This document shows, in pieces, positions 42,365 to 52,698 of a DNA stretch of 64,000 nucleotides; within the stretch, counting starts at the first letter, position 1, and the number at the start of each line of letters is the position of its first letter. The DNA comes from an uncultured bacterium (GTDB taxonomy: Bacteria; Oederibacteriota; Oederibacteriia; Oederibacteriales; Oederibacteriaceae), in the NCBI GenBank assembly GCA_965112635.1, contig OZ218778.1:256001-320000 (forward strand), given 5' to 3'. The translations under genes and the position numbers were made by a program. Below the pieces are notes generated by a model. That model was not told the DNA's origin. It saw only the letters and a program-made list of their open reading frames with translations, and ran no database searches.

Positions 42365-44153
42365 CGCTGGGTAATATCTTGGACATAGTTCACAAAATAA
42401 AGGATAACTCCCGTGGAGGGCTTGCGCACTGCAGCCACAGACACATTGGCCCAAATAATCCGGCCGTCCTTGCGTAAATACCGCTTTTCTAGGATGGCAT
42501 TGTCAGCCTCACCCTCCGTCATGCTCCTCATGGCTTTTAACCCTATTTCATAATCTTCCGGATGAGTGATGCTGTTAAAGGTTTTGCCTAAAAGCTCATT
42601 CTCACCAAACCCCAGCATTTCGTTCATGGCCCGGTTGACCCTGAGATACCGGCCTTCAATATCCACTAGGCTGACCCCGACCACGGCGTTTTCAAAAGAG
42701 GTCCTGAAAAGCTCCTCGCTCTCGGCCAAGGCCTTTTCAGCTTGCCGGCGTTCAGTCACATCGCTCATAAAATTGAGCGTAGCCAGCCGGCCCTGCCATT
42801 CGATCCTGACGGCGTTTATCTGCACCCAGCGCAGCTGGCCCGAAGCGGTCAGGATGCGGAACTCATATATTTTTTCCAGGTCCTCCCCAGCCAGCCGTCT
42901 CAGGTGGTTTGCCGCGACCATGGCCCGGTCTTCCGGATAGATGAAATCAGTGAAAGGATGGCGGGATATCTCTTCGGGTGGATATCCCAATTCCCGGACT
43001 GTGGCCTTGTTCACGAAAACCAGTTTGTTGTCCTGGGCCACCATGATCATTTCCTGGGAATTTTCCACGACCTGGCGGTATCTTTTCTCGCTCTCCCGCA
43101 GTGCTTCTGAAGCTTTCCTGAACTCGGTAATATCCCTTGCCGAGCTGAGCGTCCCGGTGATGCGCCCCTCCTCATCATGGACAAGGGAGTTATGAAAAGC
43201 CAATAAACGCCTGTCTCCTTGTTTGGTGACCACAAAATTCTCAAAATATTCAACTGGCTTGATAGCGCCGGAGATGATCTGGTCAAAAACAGAATGGACA
43301 GCCTGATACTCCTCGGGAGTAACGCAGGTCTTGAACCAGTCCTTGCCCAGGAGCTCTCCCTCCTGGTAACCGAGGAGTTCGTGACCCTTACGGTTGAGGA
43401 GCACGACCTGGCCCTGGGTGTCCAGCACCACCATCAATACCTGGGCAACTTCAAGATATTCGGAGGCTTTTCTTCTTTCGGCCCTTAAATACGCCACATC
43501 CTTCTTGCGCAGGGTCACATCGTTGGCCATGGATATATTTAACTTTCGCCCATCCGCGGTCCGGCCCAAGGCAGTAGATTGAAATTCCCAAACCCGGGTC
43601 TTCCCGCTTTTCGTCTTGACTGTGAACTCTCCCTCATTGTACCGGATGCCATCGTCCAGAGAAAAAAACAGATTTCTCCGGGACTGGACTTTGTCCTTTT
43701 TCAGCCCATAGGCAAGCTCAAGCCAAGCATCTAGTGTAGGTATGTCCGCCCGGCTATATCCGGTCAGTTCTTCCCAAACCTGGTTGACCCGGATGACCTC
43801 GCCATCCTCCGCGTAGATCATGATGGGAAACGGTGACAGCTGTATCACTTTTTCCCGCTGTTCCAGGCTGAGCCTCTCGGCTTTTTCTATGTGCTGGAGC
43901 AAAACGACCACGATAAACATGGAAAGGGATAAGGCAAAACGCCTCCCGGTCTCCAGAGGGTCAATCGTGCTGGGAACATGGTTTACGAGCATCTGATACA
44001 GGGGGGAAAACGCAGGTAAAAGATCAAAACAAGGGCCAAACCCATGAAGGACCAGGAGACTTTCCTTTTGGACTTGGGCAGGCCCAGGAGGACCATCACC
44101 ATGGCTATGAGGGCAATGATGGCCGAGGCCACATTGACCACGGTCAAAAACAT
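40837..44153 (-). CDS. Membrane multi-PAS hybrid histidine kinase; -1 frameshift near 44013 in the N-terminal TM region
   Basis: About five PAS domains, [10 protein letters not shown]-terminal receiver; RBS AAGGAGG precedes ATG 44153 ([15 protein letters not shown]...), which is out of frame with the long ORF. Confidence 0.85.
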
Positions 44154-44188
44154 GGCTGTCCCTCCTTTTCAATGTATGGTGACGATGA

Positions 44189-44884
44189 TTACTGGGCTTC
44201 CTTTTGCAGGAGTTCGGACTGCAGGACTGTGATCCTTTTGCCTACCAGGGAAATGATCTTTTTTTTCTCCAGTACTTTCAGGGCCCGGATGGCGGTCTCC
44301 TGGGCCGTGTCCGCCAGCTCGGCCAGCTCGGTCCGGGAAAGCTGGATGTTGAGCGAACCGTCCTTGGCCGGAGCATAGTCCCGGGCCAGCTTGCACAGCA
44401 CCTCGGCCACCCGGTTCTTGACCGGCTTTTGGACCGCGCTTTCCAGCCGGGACAGGGTGTCGCCCACCTCGGCTCCCATCCGGCTCATGATGTTCTCTCC
44501 CAGCCGGGGATCCAGCCCCAAGGCCGCGAATAAAATGGAGCGTTCAATGAAGCAGACCTGGGTTTCCTCCAGGGTTTCCGCAGAGGTGAAATTGACCTTG
44601 CCCGACATCAGCGCGGACACACCCAGCGCATCACACGGTCCGGCGATCTGGACGATCTGCTCGCGGTCCAGGCGGCCGGTTTTGTAGAGTTTTACTTTTC
44701 CGGAACGGATGTGATAAATGCCGTAGGGTTTATTGCCCTCATAAAAAAGGTTTTGTTTGGGTTTGTAGGTGTTGGTGGTGCGGCCCTTGGCGATATAATC
44801 CAGGCATTCATGGTTAAGCCCCTCGAATATACTTCCCTTGTAGCCGGGACATTTGGCGTCACAGGTCCAGTTTTGATTGACCAT
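44189..44884 (-). CDS. Crp/Fnr family transcriptional regulator with N-terminal cysteines
   Basis: CDAKC...C N-terminus, cNMP domain (LFYEG, SGKVK), HTH LSRTELAELADTAQETAIR. Confidence 0.9.
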   Translation of the reverse strand: MVNQNWTCDAKCPGYKGSIFEGLNHECLDYIAKGRTTNTYKPKQNLFYEGNKPYGIYHIRSGKVKLYKTGRLDREQIVQIAGPCDALGVSALMSGKVNFTSAETLEETQVCFIERSILFAALGLDPRLGENIMSRMGAEVGDTLSRLESAVQKPVKNRVAEVLCKLARDYAPAKDGSLNIQLSRTELAELADTAQETAIRALKVLEKKKIISLVGKRITVLQSELLQKEAQ

Positions 44885-44967
44885 CCACGCTTCCTTTCTC
44901 CCCTGCCTCAATGTCTACATATAAAGTATAGTCCTTATAACCTGATTTCTGACAATGAAATGGCTGG

Positions 44968-45363
44968 CTAATTCGATCCGGGCAGGAGGTCATTGAGGGT
45001 CTTGAGAAACTGAGTTATATCCATGGGTTTAGAGATATAGCCGTCAAAGGAGTACGATTGGACCTCTTCCCGGTAATGGGGATTGCCCATGCCTGTGAAA
45101 CTGACGACCTTGACGGCTTTGAAAGCCTCATTCTGCCGGATCATTTTGAAAATCTCAAATCCGTCAATGTCAGGAAGCCCGATATCCAGCAGGACAATAT
45201 GTGGAACTATGGTGTCCAGGATTTCTATGGCCTCCTCACCTGTCGCGGCCTGATGGACCTGCCAGCCGTCCATTTTTAGGATCTCCACGGATATCTTCAG
45301 ATTGGTCGGATGGTCCTCTACGACCAAAATGATCTTGGTTTTTACCTTTTCGCCATTAGCCAA
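44968..45363 (-). CDS. Single-domain response regulator (DivK-like)
   Basis: VVEDHPTNL, LDIGLPDIDG, YISKP; TTG start. Confidence 0.85.
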   Translation of the reverse strand: MANGEKVKTKIILVVEDHPTNLKISVEILKMDGWQVHQAATGEEAIEILDTIVPHIVLLDIGLPDIDGFEIFKMIRQNEAFKAVKVVSFTGMGNPHYREEVQSYSFDGYISKPMDITQFLKTLNDLLPGSN

Positions 45364-45531
45364 TGTTTACTCCCCGTTGCCATGGATTGGTTTCTCGAAT
45401 TTTTGTACCACTAATCTACCTTATAATTGGAAATCCCGTCAAGTTCCAGTTCAGTTGGATTGATGAGATATCGGGCAGGGCAATCCTTTTGATAATGATT
45501 CTTTCCCAACCGCCAGGGCCATCACAAATTT

Positions 45532-46548
45532 TCAGTCAGCACTCTGGTCGCCTATCTTGTGCTTGGCTATCTCGCAAAAACACCGCGTATGATTGGCGCA
45601 CTGCGGGTCATACACCATGGCTTTTTTCAGATTAGAGACGGCGGCCTTGTAAAGCTCCGGGTCGCCGGTGAGGATACCCAAGCTCATCTGGGTGAGGCCG
45701 CAAAGACGATACGCCGCCACGTATTGCGGATCAAGCTCAATGGCTTTGTTAAAACAGGAGACGGCTCCCTTGATGTCATTGATCTGCCATAAATAAAATC
45801 CCCTATTATAATATTTCTCCGCCTCTCCCACGCTGATGCCGTCATTGGGGATCTTATAGCCCATGAGTTCCACATCTTTCTGGAGATGGATCAGGGAAAT
45901 AACGACCACCGGATTGGATGAGTCTATTTTGGCCAGAGCCTCCGAAGCGCAATGCCGGACCTGCTGATCCGGGTCACTGAGCAGCTGGAACAGGGCAGGC
46001 ATGGCGTCTTTATCAGAGGGATCGATGTTTCCCAGGACACCCGCGGCACAGCAGCGGACATTCCCATCCGAGTCCTTGAGAAGATCCAGGAGCGGCGAGA
46101 GGATTTCTTTGGTTAGCGGTTTGATCTGTTGCAGGGCTTCCGCGGCCTTGGAACGGACCTCGGCATCCTGGTCCTTGAGCATTCCCAGAAGAACAGGCAC
46201 GTCTTTTTCACCGACTTTATTCCAATCCAAGTTCCCGGGTTTAGCGCTTGGAGCTACGGATTCCGCGGACTTTAAGGACCGCAGATCATTTTCTAGTTTT
46301 ATTTTATCCGCCCTGACAGCCTCCGCAACCCGTTGTTTAAGTTCTGTATCTATACTTACTTTATCCTGCTCCATGGCCTTCAGATCCGCCTTGAGCGTGG
46401 CCTGGTCCTGCGCGATGGTTAGTTCGAGCTGATCGACCATGGGGTTGGCTGCCACAGGCAGGGTAGCCATTATGGTCATAAGCACGGCGATGCAAAAAAA
46501 TACTATCAGTGCAGGGCATGAGTTTTTTGGGACAGCCAAGTTTTCCAA
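45532..46548 (-). CDS. Exported HEAT-repeat plus TPR protein
   Basis: Signal-like N-terminus, coiled coil, three LKD.D..VR..AA.AL repeats, TPR FNKAIELDPQY; TTG 46548 after GGAGG. Confidence 0.75.
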   Translation of the reverse strand: MENLAVPKNSCPALIVFFCIAVLMTIMATLPVAANPMVDQLELTIAQDQATLKADLKAMEQDKVSIDTELKQRVAEAVRADKIKLENDLRSLKSAESVAPSAKPGNLDWNKVGEKDVPVLLGMLKDQDAEVRSKAAEALQQIKPLTKEILSPLLDLLKDSDGNVRCCAAGVLGNIDPSDKDAMPALFQLLSDPDQQVRHCASEALAKIDSSNPVVVISLIHLQKDVELMGYKIPNDGISVGEAEKYYNRGFYLWQINDIKGAVSCFNKAIELDPQYVAAYRLCGLTQMSLGILTGDPELYKAAVSNLKKAMVYDPQCANHTRCFCEIAKHKIGDQSAD

Positions 46549-46721
46549 GGTCGTACACCTCCGCTTTCCTCTAGTGCAAGTGTACCCCTGGACCAAAAAA
46601 TCCCTTATGACGCAGGAAGACTGGCCGATTGATATTTGGATACGGAAAAGCTGACGCAGGTCAATAGATGAAGGGTGTGTTTTTCAGGATTTTAAGCAAT
46701 TTTCCGTAAAAAACTTTGGGG

Positions 46722-47606
46722 TTAGGGCCTTTTGGAGCCCCGGGCTAGCATCAGGGAAGGATTAAAATTCTCGTAAAGAGCAATATTTTTGCCTGATTTT
46801 TTAGCCTGGGCCACCAGTTGGCTGGCCTGCCTGAAGAGGTCCTGGCTTTCCGGAACATCCTCTCCCACGCTGACCAAACCGCAGCTGAAAGTGATCTTCC
46901 AGTTGTTGTATTCCATGGCCTTGTTCAGGTTCTGGTGGACCCTGTTCCAAAATTCTTTGGCGCCGGTTCCATCGATATTCACCAGCAGGACCCCGAACTC
47001 GTCCCCGCCCAGCCGGGCCACCTCGTCGCTTTCCCTGATATGCACTTTCAAAGTTTCAGCGACTTTGGCCAGCACCTCGTCGCCTGCCCTATGGCCCAGT
47101 GTGTGGTTTAAGTCCGCGAAATCATCCAGGTCAATGACCGCCAAGGTGTAGGGCGTATTTTTGTGCTGGCGTCTGTTCTCCTCGCGGTCCATGGCCTCAT
47201 ACAATCCCTGCCGGTTCAGGGTTTGGGTCAGATGGTCGGTCTTGGTAAGGACGATCTCGCGTTCCAGGGTTCCGCGGATGCGGCCGAGAAGGAGTGCGAT
47301 AAGGGTGAAAACGGCGAGGTCCACTCCGCAATTCCAATAAGCAATGGTTTGTTGGGAATAGAGTTGATGGATGAAGTTCGTCCACACCGCAATGACTGCG
47401 CCCAAGGCCGTGCCAGCCCACCATCCCACGGTCCAGGTGGCCAACCCTACTGGAAAAATATAGAAAAGGAACAGGCTCGCTTCTTTGCCGGTAAGGTCAT
47501 CTACATAAGTGATGATCAGGATGAGGAAAAGGCAGATGGCCAGGCGCATGGCATAGGGCAGTCTTTCCATCCAGCCGAACAGATTTTTTGGGTCAAAGTT
47601 TTGCAA
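46722..47606 (-). CDS. Membrane-anchored diguanylate cyclase
   Basis: N-terminal TM helices; DLDDF, GHRAGD, RESD I-site, GGDEF. Confidence 0.9.
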   Translation of the reverse strand: MQNFDPKNLFGWMERLPYAMRLAICLFLILIITYVDDLTGKEASLFLFYIFPVGLATWTVGWWAGTALGAVIAVWTNFIHQLYSQQTIAYWNCGVDLAVFTLIALLLGRIRGTLEREIVLTKTDHLTQTLNRQGLYEAMDREENRRQHKNTPYTLAVIDLDDFADLNHTLGHRAGDEVLAKVAETLKVHIRESDEVARLGGDEFGVLLVNIDGTGAKEFWNRVHQNLNKAMEYNNWKITFSCGLVSVGEDVPESQDLFRQASQLVAQAKKSGKNIALYENFNPSLMLARGSKRP

Positions 47607-47755
47607 GGCTCAGCACACCTCAAAAGTTATTACTGCTGGCAAGAAAATCACGGGCGTAAGCCCGAGAATGAATTGCCAGCCCGCAGCGAAGCGGAGGAGT
47701 AACAAACATAATAAACTCTTCCATACAAATACCATGCCTGTGAAGGCGTGGATGT

Positions 47756-49759
47756 TTATTCGTAACGCAGGGCCTCGATGGGTGATAGCTTGGAAGCCTG
47801 CCACGCCGGCCAGATCCCGAATATAATGCCTGTTCCAGCTGAGATAAAGACCGCCAGGAACACCGTGCCCCAGGGAAGCGAAATAGGCCAACCAGCCAGG
47901 ACCGCCGTACTGATAGCGCCGCTGGAGCCGATCAAAATGCCGATGAATCCGCCGATCACTCCGATCAAAATCGACTCGACCAAGAACTGGAACATGACCT
48001 CCATATTGTGCGCGCCGAGCGCTTTGCGCAATCCGATCTCCTTGGTCCTTTCCCTGACCGAAACCAGCATGATGTTCATGATACCGATGCCGCCCACAAA
48101 CAGGGACAATAATGCGATCATGCTGATCATGGTGGTCAGAGTGCCGACCGTGTCCTGCTGGGCCTGCTGGATGTCCGACATATTGCGCACCGTGAAATCA
48201 TCCAGTTTGCCCGGTTGGATATGCCGAGTGTGCCTCAAGATCTGAGAAACCTCCTGGATGCAGCCGTCCACGCCCTCCGGCGTTTTGGCGTCCACATCTA
48301 TATAGTTGATGGTATTGAGACCCAGAAGACGGTACATGGCCGTATGCAAAGGCACGATCACCACATCATCTTCATCCCGGTAGGTGGCTCCTTTGACGGG
48401 CAGGACCCCCAGCACTTGGAAATTGATCTTGTTGATCTTGATCTGGGTGCCGGTAGGATTGAAATCCGGAGGGTAGATGCTCTTGACCACTGTAACTCCC
48501 AAAAGGCAGACTTTGGCCCGCTGTTGGTCTTCCTTTTCCGTGAAAAACCTGCCCGTGACCGGTTTGGAAGCCCTCATATCCTCATAGGTATATTCGCAGC
48601 CCGTGACCCGAGTGCTCCAGTTCTGGTCGCCATAACTGACCAACACACCCCCGCCCACACAACCGTCCACATGCCGGATCATGCTCTCCTGCTGATTGAC
48701 CTGCCTAAGGTACAGGAGATCCATGAGCGTGAACTTCGGAGCACTTCCCGAACCTCTGGCGTCCTGGTTTCCTGGGAAGACCATCAAAAGATTGCTGCCC
48801 AACGAGGCCAGCCTCTGCTTGACCGCCTCTTTGGCCCCGTCACCGATGGCGGTCATGGCAATGACCGCGGCCACGCCGATGATAATACCCAGCATGGTCA
48901 AAAAAGTGCGGAATTTATTCAGCGAAAGGGCAATGAGGGCCATTTTGACGTTCTCCAGGATCTCTGAGAATCCGGGAATGACGGTACTTTTTGGCACCGC
49001 TATCTGCCTGTCTTTTACCATGTTTTTGTGTTCCGGCCTGTTCTGAACATCTGAAATGATCTTCCCGTCTTTCATCGTGATAACGCGGCGCGCATGGGCG
49101 GCGATATCAGTCTCATGGGTGACCACGATAAGCGTCACTCCTTCCTCGCGGTTGAGACGGTCCAATTCTTCCATGACTTCCACGGCCTGCTGGCTGGAAA
49201 TATTCCCGGTCGGTTCGTCGGCAAAAAGAATGGAGGGAGAATTGACCAGGGCCCGGGCAATGGCGACCCTTTGCTGCTGTCCCCCGGATAGCTGGTGCGG
49301 AGCATGGTGGAGCCTGTCGCCCAAACCGACCTTTTCCAAAAGGGTTTTAGCCCTGGCCTGAGGGTTGGGATGCCGGGCATAAATGGCCGGCAGGGCCACA
49401 TTGGCTAGCGCTGTGGTCCTGGCGAGGAGGTTGAAGAATTGGAATATAAACCCTATGGCCCGATTGCGCAGGCTGGCGATCTGATCGTCGTTCAGCTCGG
49501 ACATCTCATATCCGGCCAGAGAGATGCTTCCCGAAGTTGGCCGATCCAAAAGGCCCAGGATCTGCATCAAGGTGGATTTGCCTGACCCAGAAGGCCCGAC
49601 AATAGCGATATACTCCCCGGCCTGGATATCCAGGTCCAGATGGTCCAGGGCACGGACCACCACTCCGGACCCTTTTAGTTTTTTCTCGGCGGTCGCGTAG
49701 ACCTTGCTCAAATCCCTGACTCGGATAAGCGGCCCGTTGCTGCTGGGTGTGGGGCTCAT
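47756..49759 (-). CDS. macB: MacB-type ABC transporter (fused ATPase and permease)
   Basis: GPSGSGKST, LSGGQQQRVAIARAL, LTMLGIIIG, GGIGIMNIMLVSVRERTKEIG, PIEALRYE. Confidence 0.9.
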   Translation of the reverse strand: MSPTPSSNGPLIRVRDLSKVYATAEKKLKGSGVVVRALDHLDLDIQAGEYIAIVGPSGSGKSTLMQILGLLDRPTSGSISLAGYEMSELNDDQIASLRNRAIGFIFQFFNLLARTTALANVALPAIYARHPNPQARAKTLLEKVGLGDRLHHAPHQLSGGQQQRVAIARALVNSPSILFADEPTGNISSQQAVEVMEELDRLNREEGVTLIVVTHETDIAAHARRVITMKDGKIISDVQNRPEHKNMVKDRQIAVPKSTVIPGFSEILENVKMALIALSLNKFRTFLTMLGIIIGVAAVIAMTAIGDGAKEAVKQRLASLGSNLLMVFPGNQDARGSGSAPKFTLMDLLYLRQVNQQESMIRHVDGCVGGGVLVSYGDQNWSTRVTGCEYTYEDMRASKPVTGRFFTEKEDQQRAKVCLLGVTVVKSIYPPDFNPTGTQIKINKINFQVLGVLPVKGATYRDEDDVVIVPLHTAMYRLLGLNTINYIDVDAKTPEGVDGCIQEVSQILRHTRHIQPGKLDDFTVRNMSDIQQAQQDTVGTLTTMISMIALLSLFVGGIGIMNIMLVSVRERTKEIGLRKALGAHNMEVMFQFLVESILIGVIGGFIGILIGSSGAISTAVLAGWPISLPWGTVFLAVFISAGTGIIFGIWPAWQASKLSPIEALRYE

Positions 49760-49775
49760 AAATTCCTTTCCTGAA

Positions 49776-50753
49776 CTACTGCGGACGCTGGCGGTTGCCG
49801 CTTTGACTGCCGGCGCTGGGAGTGGTCCGGCTTTGCGGACGGCCGAATTGGAACATACCCAGAGAAGCGGCTCCTTTGACTTTGAGGGACTCCACTTGGA
49901 CCGAATCGTTCTCATTTAATCCGGACAACACCACGACCTGGCTGCCATCCGAATCGCCCAGCTTGACCTCCCGTTTTTCCGGTTTTTTGGCCAGGTCATT
50001 CTGCACCCGGAGGAACACCGTGGTATTTTCGCCGCCCTTGACCGCCCAGGAGGGGATCAACAGGCTGTTATCCGCTTCTTTGATGATGAAATTGATGTTC
50101 GCGGTCATCCCGGCCCGGAGCACGCCTGGTTCTTGGCGGGGAATAAGATCAACATAATAACTCACCACATTGTTGACCTTTACGGCCTGATGAGTGATCA
50201 AAGAAACATCCGCTAAAAATAGCTTGTCTGGATAGGAGTCCACCGTAACCTCGGCTTTTTGGTCCATCTTGATATTCGCCAGGTCCGTTTCGTCCACATA
50301 GGCTTCGACGATGAGCTTGTCAGAAAGGTCATACAGGTCCGTATCGCCGGCCACGGTCTGCCCTTCCACCACATTTCGCGCGATGATCAGGCCGTCCGTG
50401 GGCGCCACGATAGGGGTCGGCTGGAAAGCCTTCTCCCAATACGATAGTTCATCCTTGCCCTTGGCCAAGGCCATGTCCAATAGAGCCGCCCTGTCTGACG
50501 AGCTCATCCAGGCGATGATCTGGCCTTTTTTCACATGGGTTCCCTCATCGACGAGGATCTTATCAATACGGCCCGCCACAGGAGGTAAGATAGAGACCTT
50601 ATTTAAAGGCGTAATGATCCCGTTGGCCTGAACGGTCTGCTTGAAATTGCCCCTGCTTACCTTGACTTTCTGGGCATCCTCGCTCGCATGGTTCCCGCAG
50701 CCTATGATGAAAAATACCATGGCCGCAGCCGTTATACAGGTCAAACGTTTCAT
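49776..50753 (-). CDS. macA: MacA-type periplasmic adaptor lipoprotein
   Basis: Lipobox IIGC, GRIDKILVDEG, VDETD, LRAGMTA. Confidence 0.85.
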   Translation of the reverse strand: MKRLTCITAAAMVFFIIGCGNHASEDAQKVKVSRGNFKQTVQANGIITPLNKVSILPPVAGRIDKILVDEGTHVKKGQIIAWMSSSDRAALLDMALAKGKDELSYWEKAFQPTPIVAPTDGLIIARNVVEGQTVAGDTDLYDLSDKLIVEAYVDETDLANIKMDQKAEVTVDSYPDKLFLADVSLITHQAVKVNNVVSYYVDLIPRQEPGVLRAGMTANINFIIKEADNSLLIPSWAVKGGENTTVFLRVQNDLAKKPEKREVKLGDSDGSQVVVLSGLNENDSVQVESLKVKGAASLGMFQFGRPQSRTTPSAGSQSGNRQRPQ

Positions 50754-50789
50754 AGAACCTTCCTTTCTTGGCAAACTTTGTTCCATATT

Positions 50790-52107
50790 TTAAGGTTTAA
50801 GCTCTGACTCTAAAGTCAGACCCAAGGCTTTATCAAAACTTACTTTGGCTTGGGCGATATTGAGTTTATCGGAAAGCTGGCTCTGTTGGGCTGAAGTATA
50901 ACCTGTTTCCGCCTGCTCAAAATCAAGGTACTGGGCCAGGCCTGATTCATACAAGGCCCGGACCGTCTTGAACCGCTCTTCCCCAGATTGGACGAGCAAA
51001 TTGGTGTAAACAGTATGCTGCTGATCGGATACATAGGTGATCCAGGCCTGATAAAGCTGCAATTGCAAAGACCCGACAAGGTCATCCAGGTTATCTTTAC
51101 TGGCCAGCCACTGATGGGTGGCCTGCGTGATGGAAGCCTCCTGGCCAAATCCGGAGAATAGGCTGAAACCTGTGGAAAGACCCACGCTTCCAGGTGGACT
51201 GGGTGGGAGGCCAGGAACTCCCATCAGAATAATTGTAGCCGCTGTTTAAATTAAGGGAAGGATACCGCGTGGACAAACTGCCGTTCATTGCCGCCTCGGC
51301 GGCTTCCACGATAGCCTTTTGCAGCATCAAAGCAGGATTCTCCTCGTACATCCTTTCATACCACGGCTCGATCTCCTCGGGCGGTTCCGGGGTCTCTAGG
51401 TTTCCGGACACCTTGATAGTTTCCTTGATATCTCGCGGTTTACGTCCCAATAAGTAGGCCAAATTTTTTTGCTGTGAATCCAGATCTTCCTGGGACTGCT
51501 TGGTTTGCCATGCTATTTGCGCTTCTTCAGCTTCGGCTTGGAGATAAGCCCAGTGCGCTTCACGGCCGGATTTATACTGCATCTGGATATAACGGGTATC
51601 CTGGTTCAATCTCTCTTTGATGGATTCTAAAAGAACCAGGTTCAACTGGTCATAGATGATCCTGTTAAACGCTTGCATTAGATTGCTCCTCAAGTTCACG
51701 CTGGTCTGCTGGTAATTAGCCTGGCTTTCTACTAGTTGCATCTCGGCCTGATGCCGGCTGTTCCAGGTGTAAAATCCGTCAAAAAGTTTCCAGTTGGCGC
51801 TTGCGCCGGCTGAGTAACTGGTGCTGTCTGTCTCGAGGCCGGTATTGTTTCCATTACTGTCCAGCGGCTGGCTGCCACTGCGGTTAATGTTGCCATTCAA
51901 GCCGAGATTAGGCCAAAGTCCGGAGCTGGCCGAGGTCACGGCCTGTTTGGCCGACTCGATATTATGCCGGCCTGCTTCCAGGGTGGGATTCTTCTCAATC
52001 GCTTCCTTGACCGCCTGCCCCCAGGTTAAGGATTCAGCCATCAGAGAGCAAGCGGGAGCAAGAATAAATAGCATTAGAATTAATATATGAATATTTTTTT
52101 GGCTCAC
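50790..52107 (-). pseudogene. TolC family outer membrane protein with a +1 frameshift near 51190 (possibly a sequencing error)
   Basis: OEP repeat in 51097..52107 continues as SVGLSTGFSLFSG...YESGL in 50790..51224; removing one A after CCTGG restores TWSVGL. Confidence 0.8.
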
Positions 52108-52196
52108 CTTTTTACTTCCTTAAAATTTATTTTTCCAATTAGTTTAACCTACTGCCCACTAAAATTACAGCCCTTTGAATTTCTTAGGAAGGCCTC

Positions 52197-52520
52197 CTAT
52201 TTGCTTTTAAATTGGCAAAAATCACTCAGGACCTGTTGTCTATCGCGTTCAAATTGTCTTATAAAACAACCTGTTTTTGAAAGCAGTAGCACCAAACCCT
52301 CCATCTGCAGTACATTCTTACCGCACAAAGTTTGCTGTGCTGATATGATGCCGTTCGGGTCTATCTTGACCTTGCCTTCTTTGGCCAGCCACCCCAAAAC
52401 AATGAGCAGGCTGACCATATCAATAGGCATGGTTTCCCGTAGTTCCACAATGCTAAGAGAACCTTTGCGTTCAACGGTTTCCCAAACTTTTTCCGCATTC
52501 ATTTCAATGACATTATCCAC
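52197..52520 (-). CDS. Small winged-helix protein (DUF2582-like)
   Basis: NAEKVW...LGWLAKEGKV signature; GTG start after AGGGAGG. Confidence 0.65.
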   Translation of the reverse strand: MDNVIEMNAEKVWETVERKGSLSIVELRETMPIDMVSLLIVLGWLAKEGKVKIDPNGIISAQQTLCGKNVLQMEGLVLLLSKTGCFIRQFERDRQQVLSDFCQFKSK

Positions 52521-52547
52521 TTTACATACCTCCCTCTTACAGGATTG

Positions 52548-52610
52548 ACTTTACGAGTTCTCACACAGTGATGCTTGTCGCTTTTGTACCAATTTGTACC
52601 AATTTGTAGT
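52548..52610 (-). promoter_or_regulatory. Three 10-bp direct repeats plus a -10 element, probable OmpR-family binding site
   Basis: CTTTTGTACC AATTTGTACC AATTTGTAGT (52581-52610) between divergent efflux and TCS operons; TAAAGT on minus strand at 52548-52553. Confidence 0.7.
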
Positions 52611-52698
52611 AAAAAGCTCTTTCCCTGCTTGGCTGTGTTAAAATTTTTACAACAGTAAACAGCAAGGCAATCATGTTTTATCCCTGAGGAGAAATGAT

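Noticed and set aside
44154-44172. ORF-track start of the 1111-aa kinase (MKRRDSH...)
   Set aside because: The N-terminal sequence looks spurious; a strong RBS and TM helices point to ATG 44153 with a downstream frameshift
46570-46600. Possible sigma54 promoter GGGGTACACTTGCA
   Set aside because: GG-to-GC spacing is 9 nt rather than the required 10
52581-52610. Short tandem repeats as a possible CRISPR or iteron array
   Set aside because: Only three 10-bp units, no spacers, no cas or rep gene; fits a response regulator box
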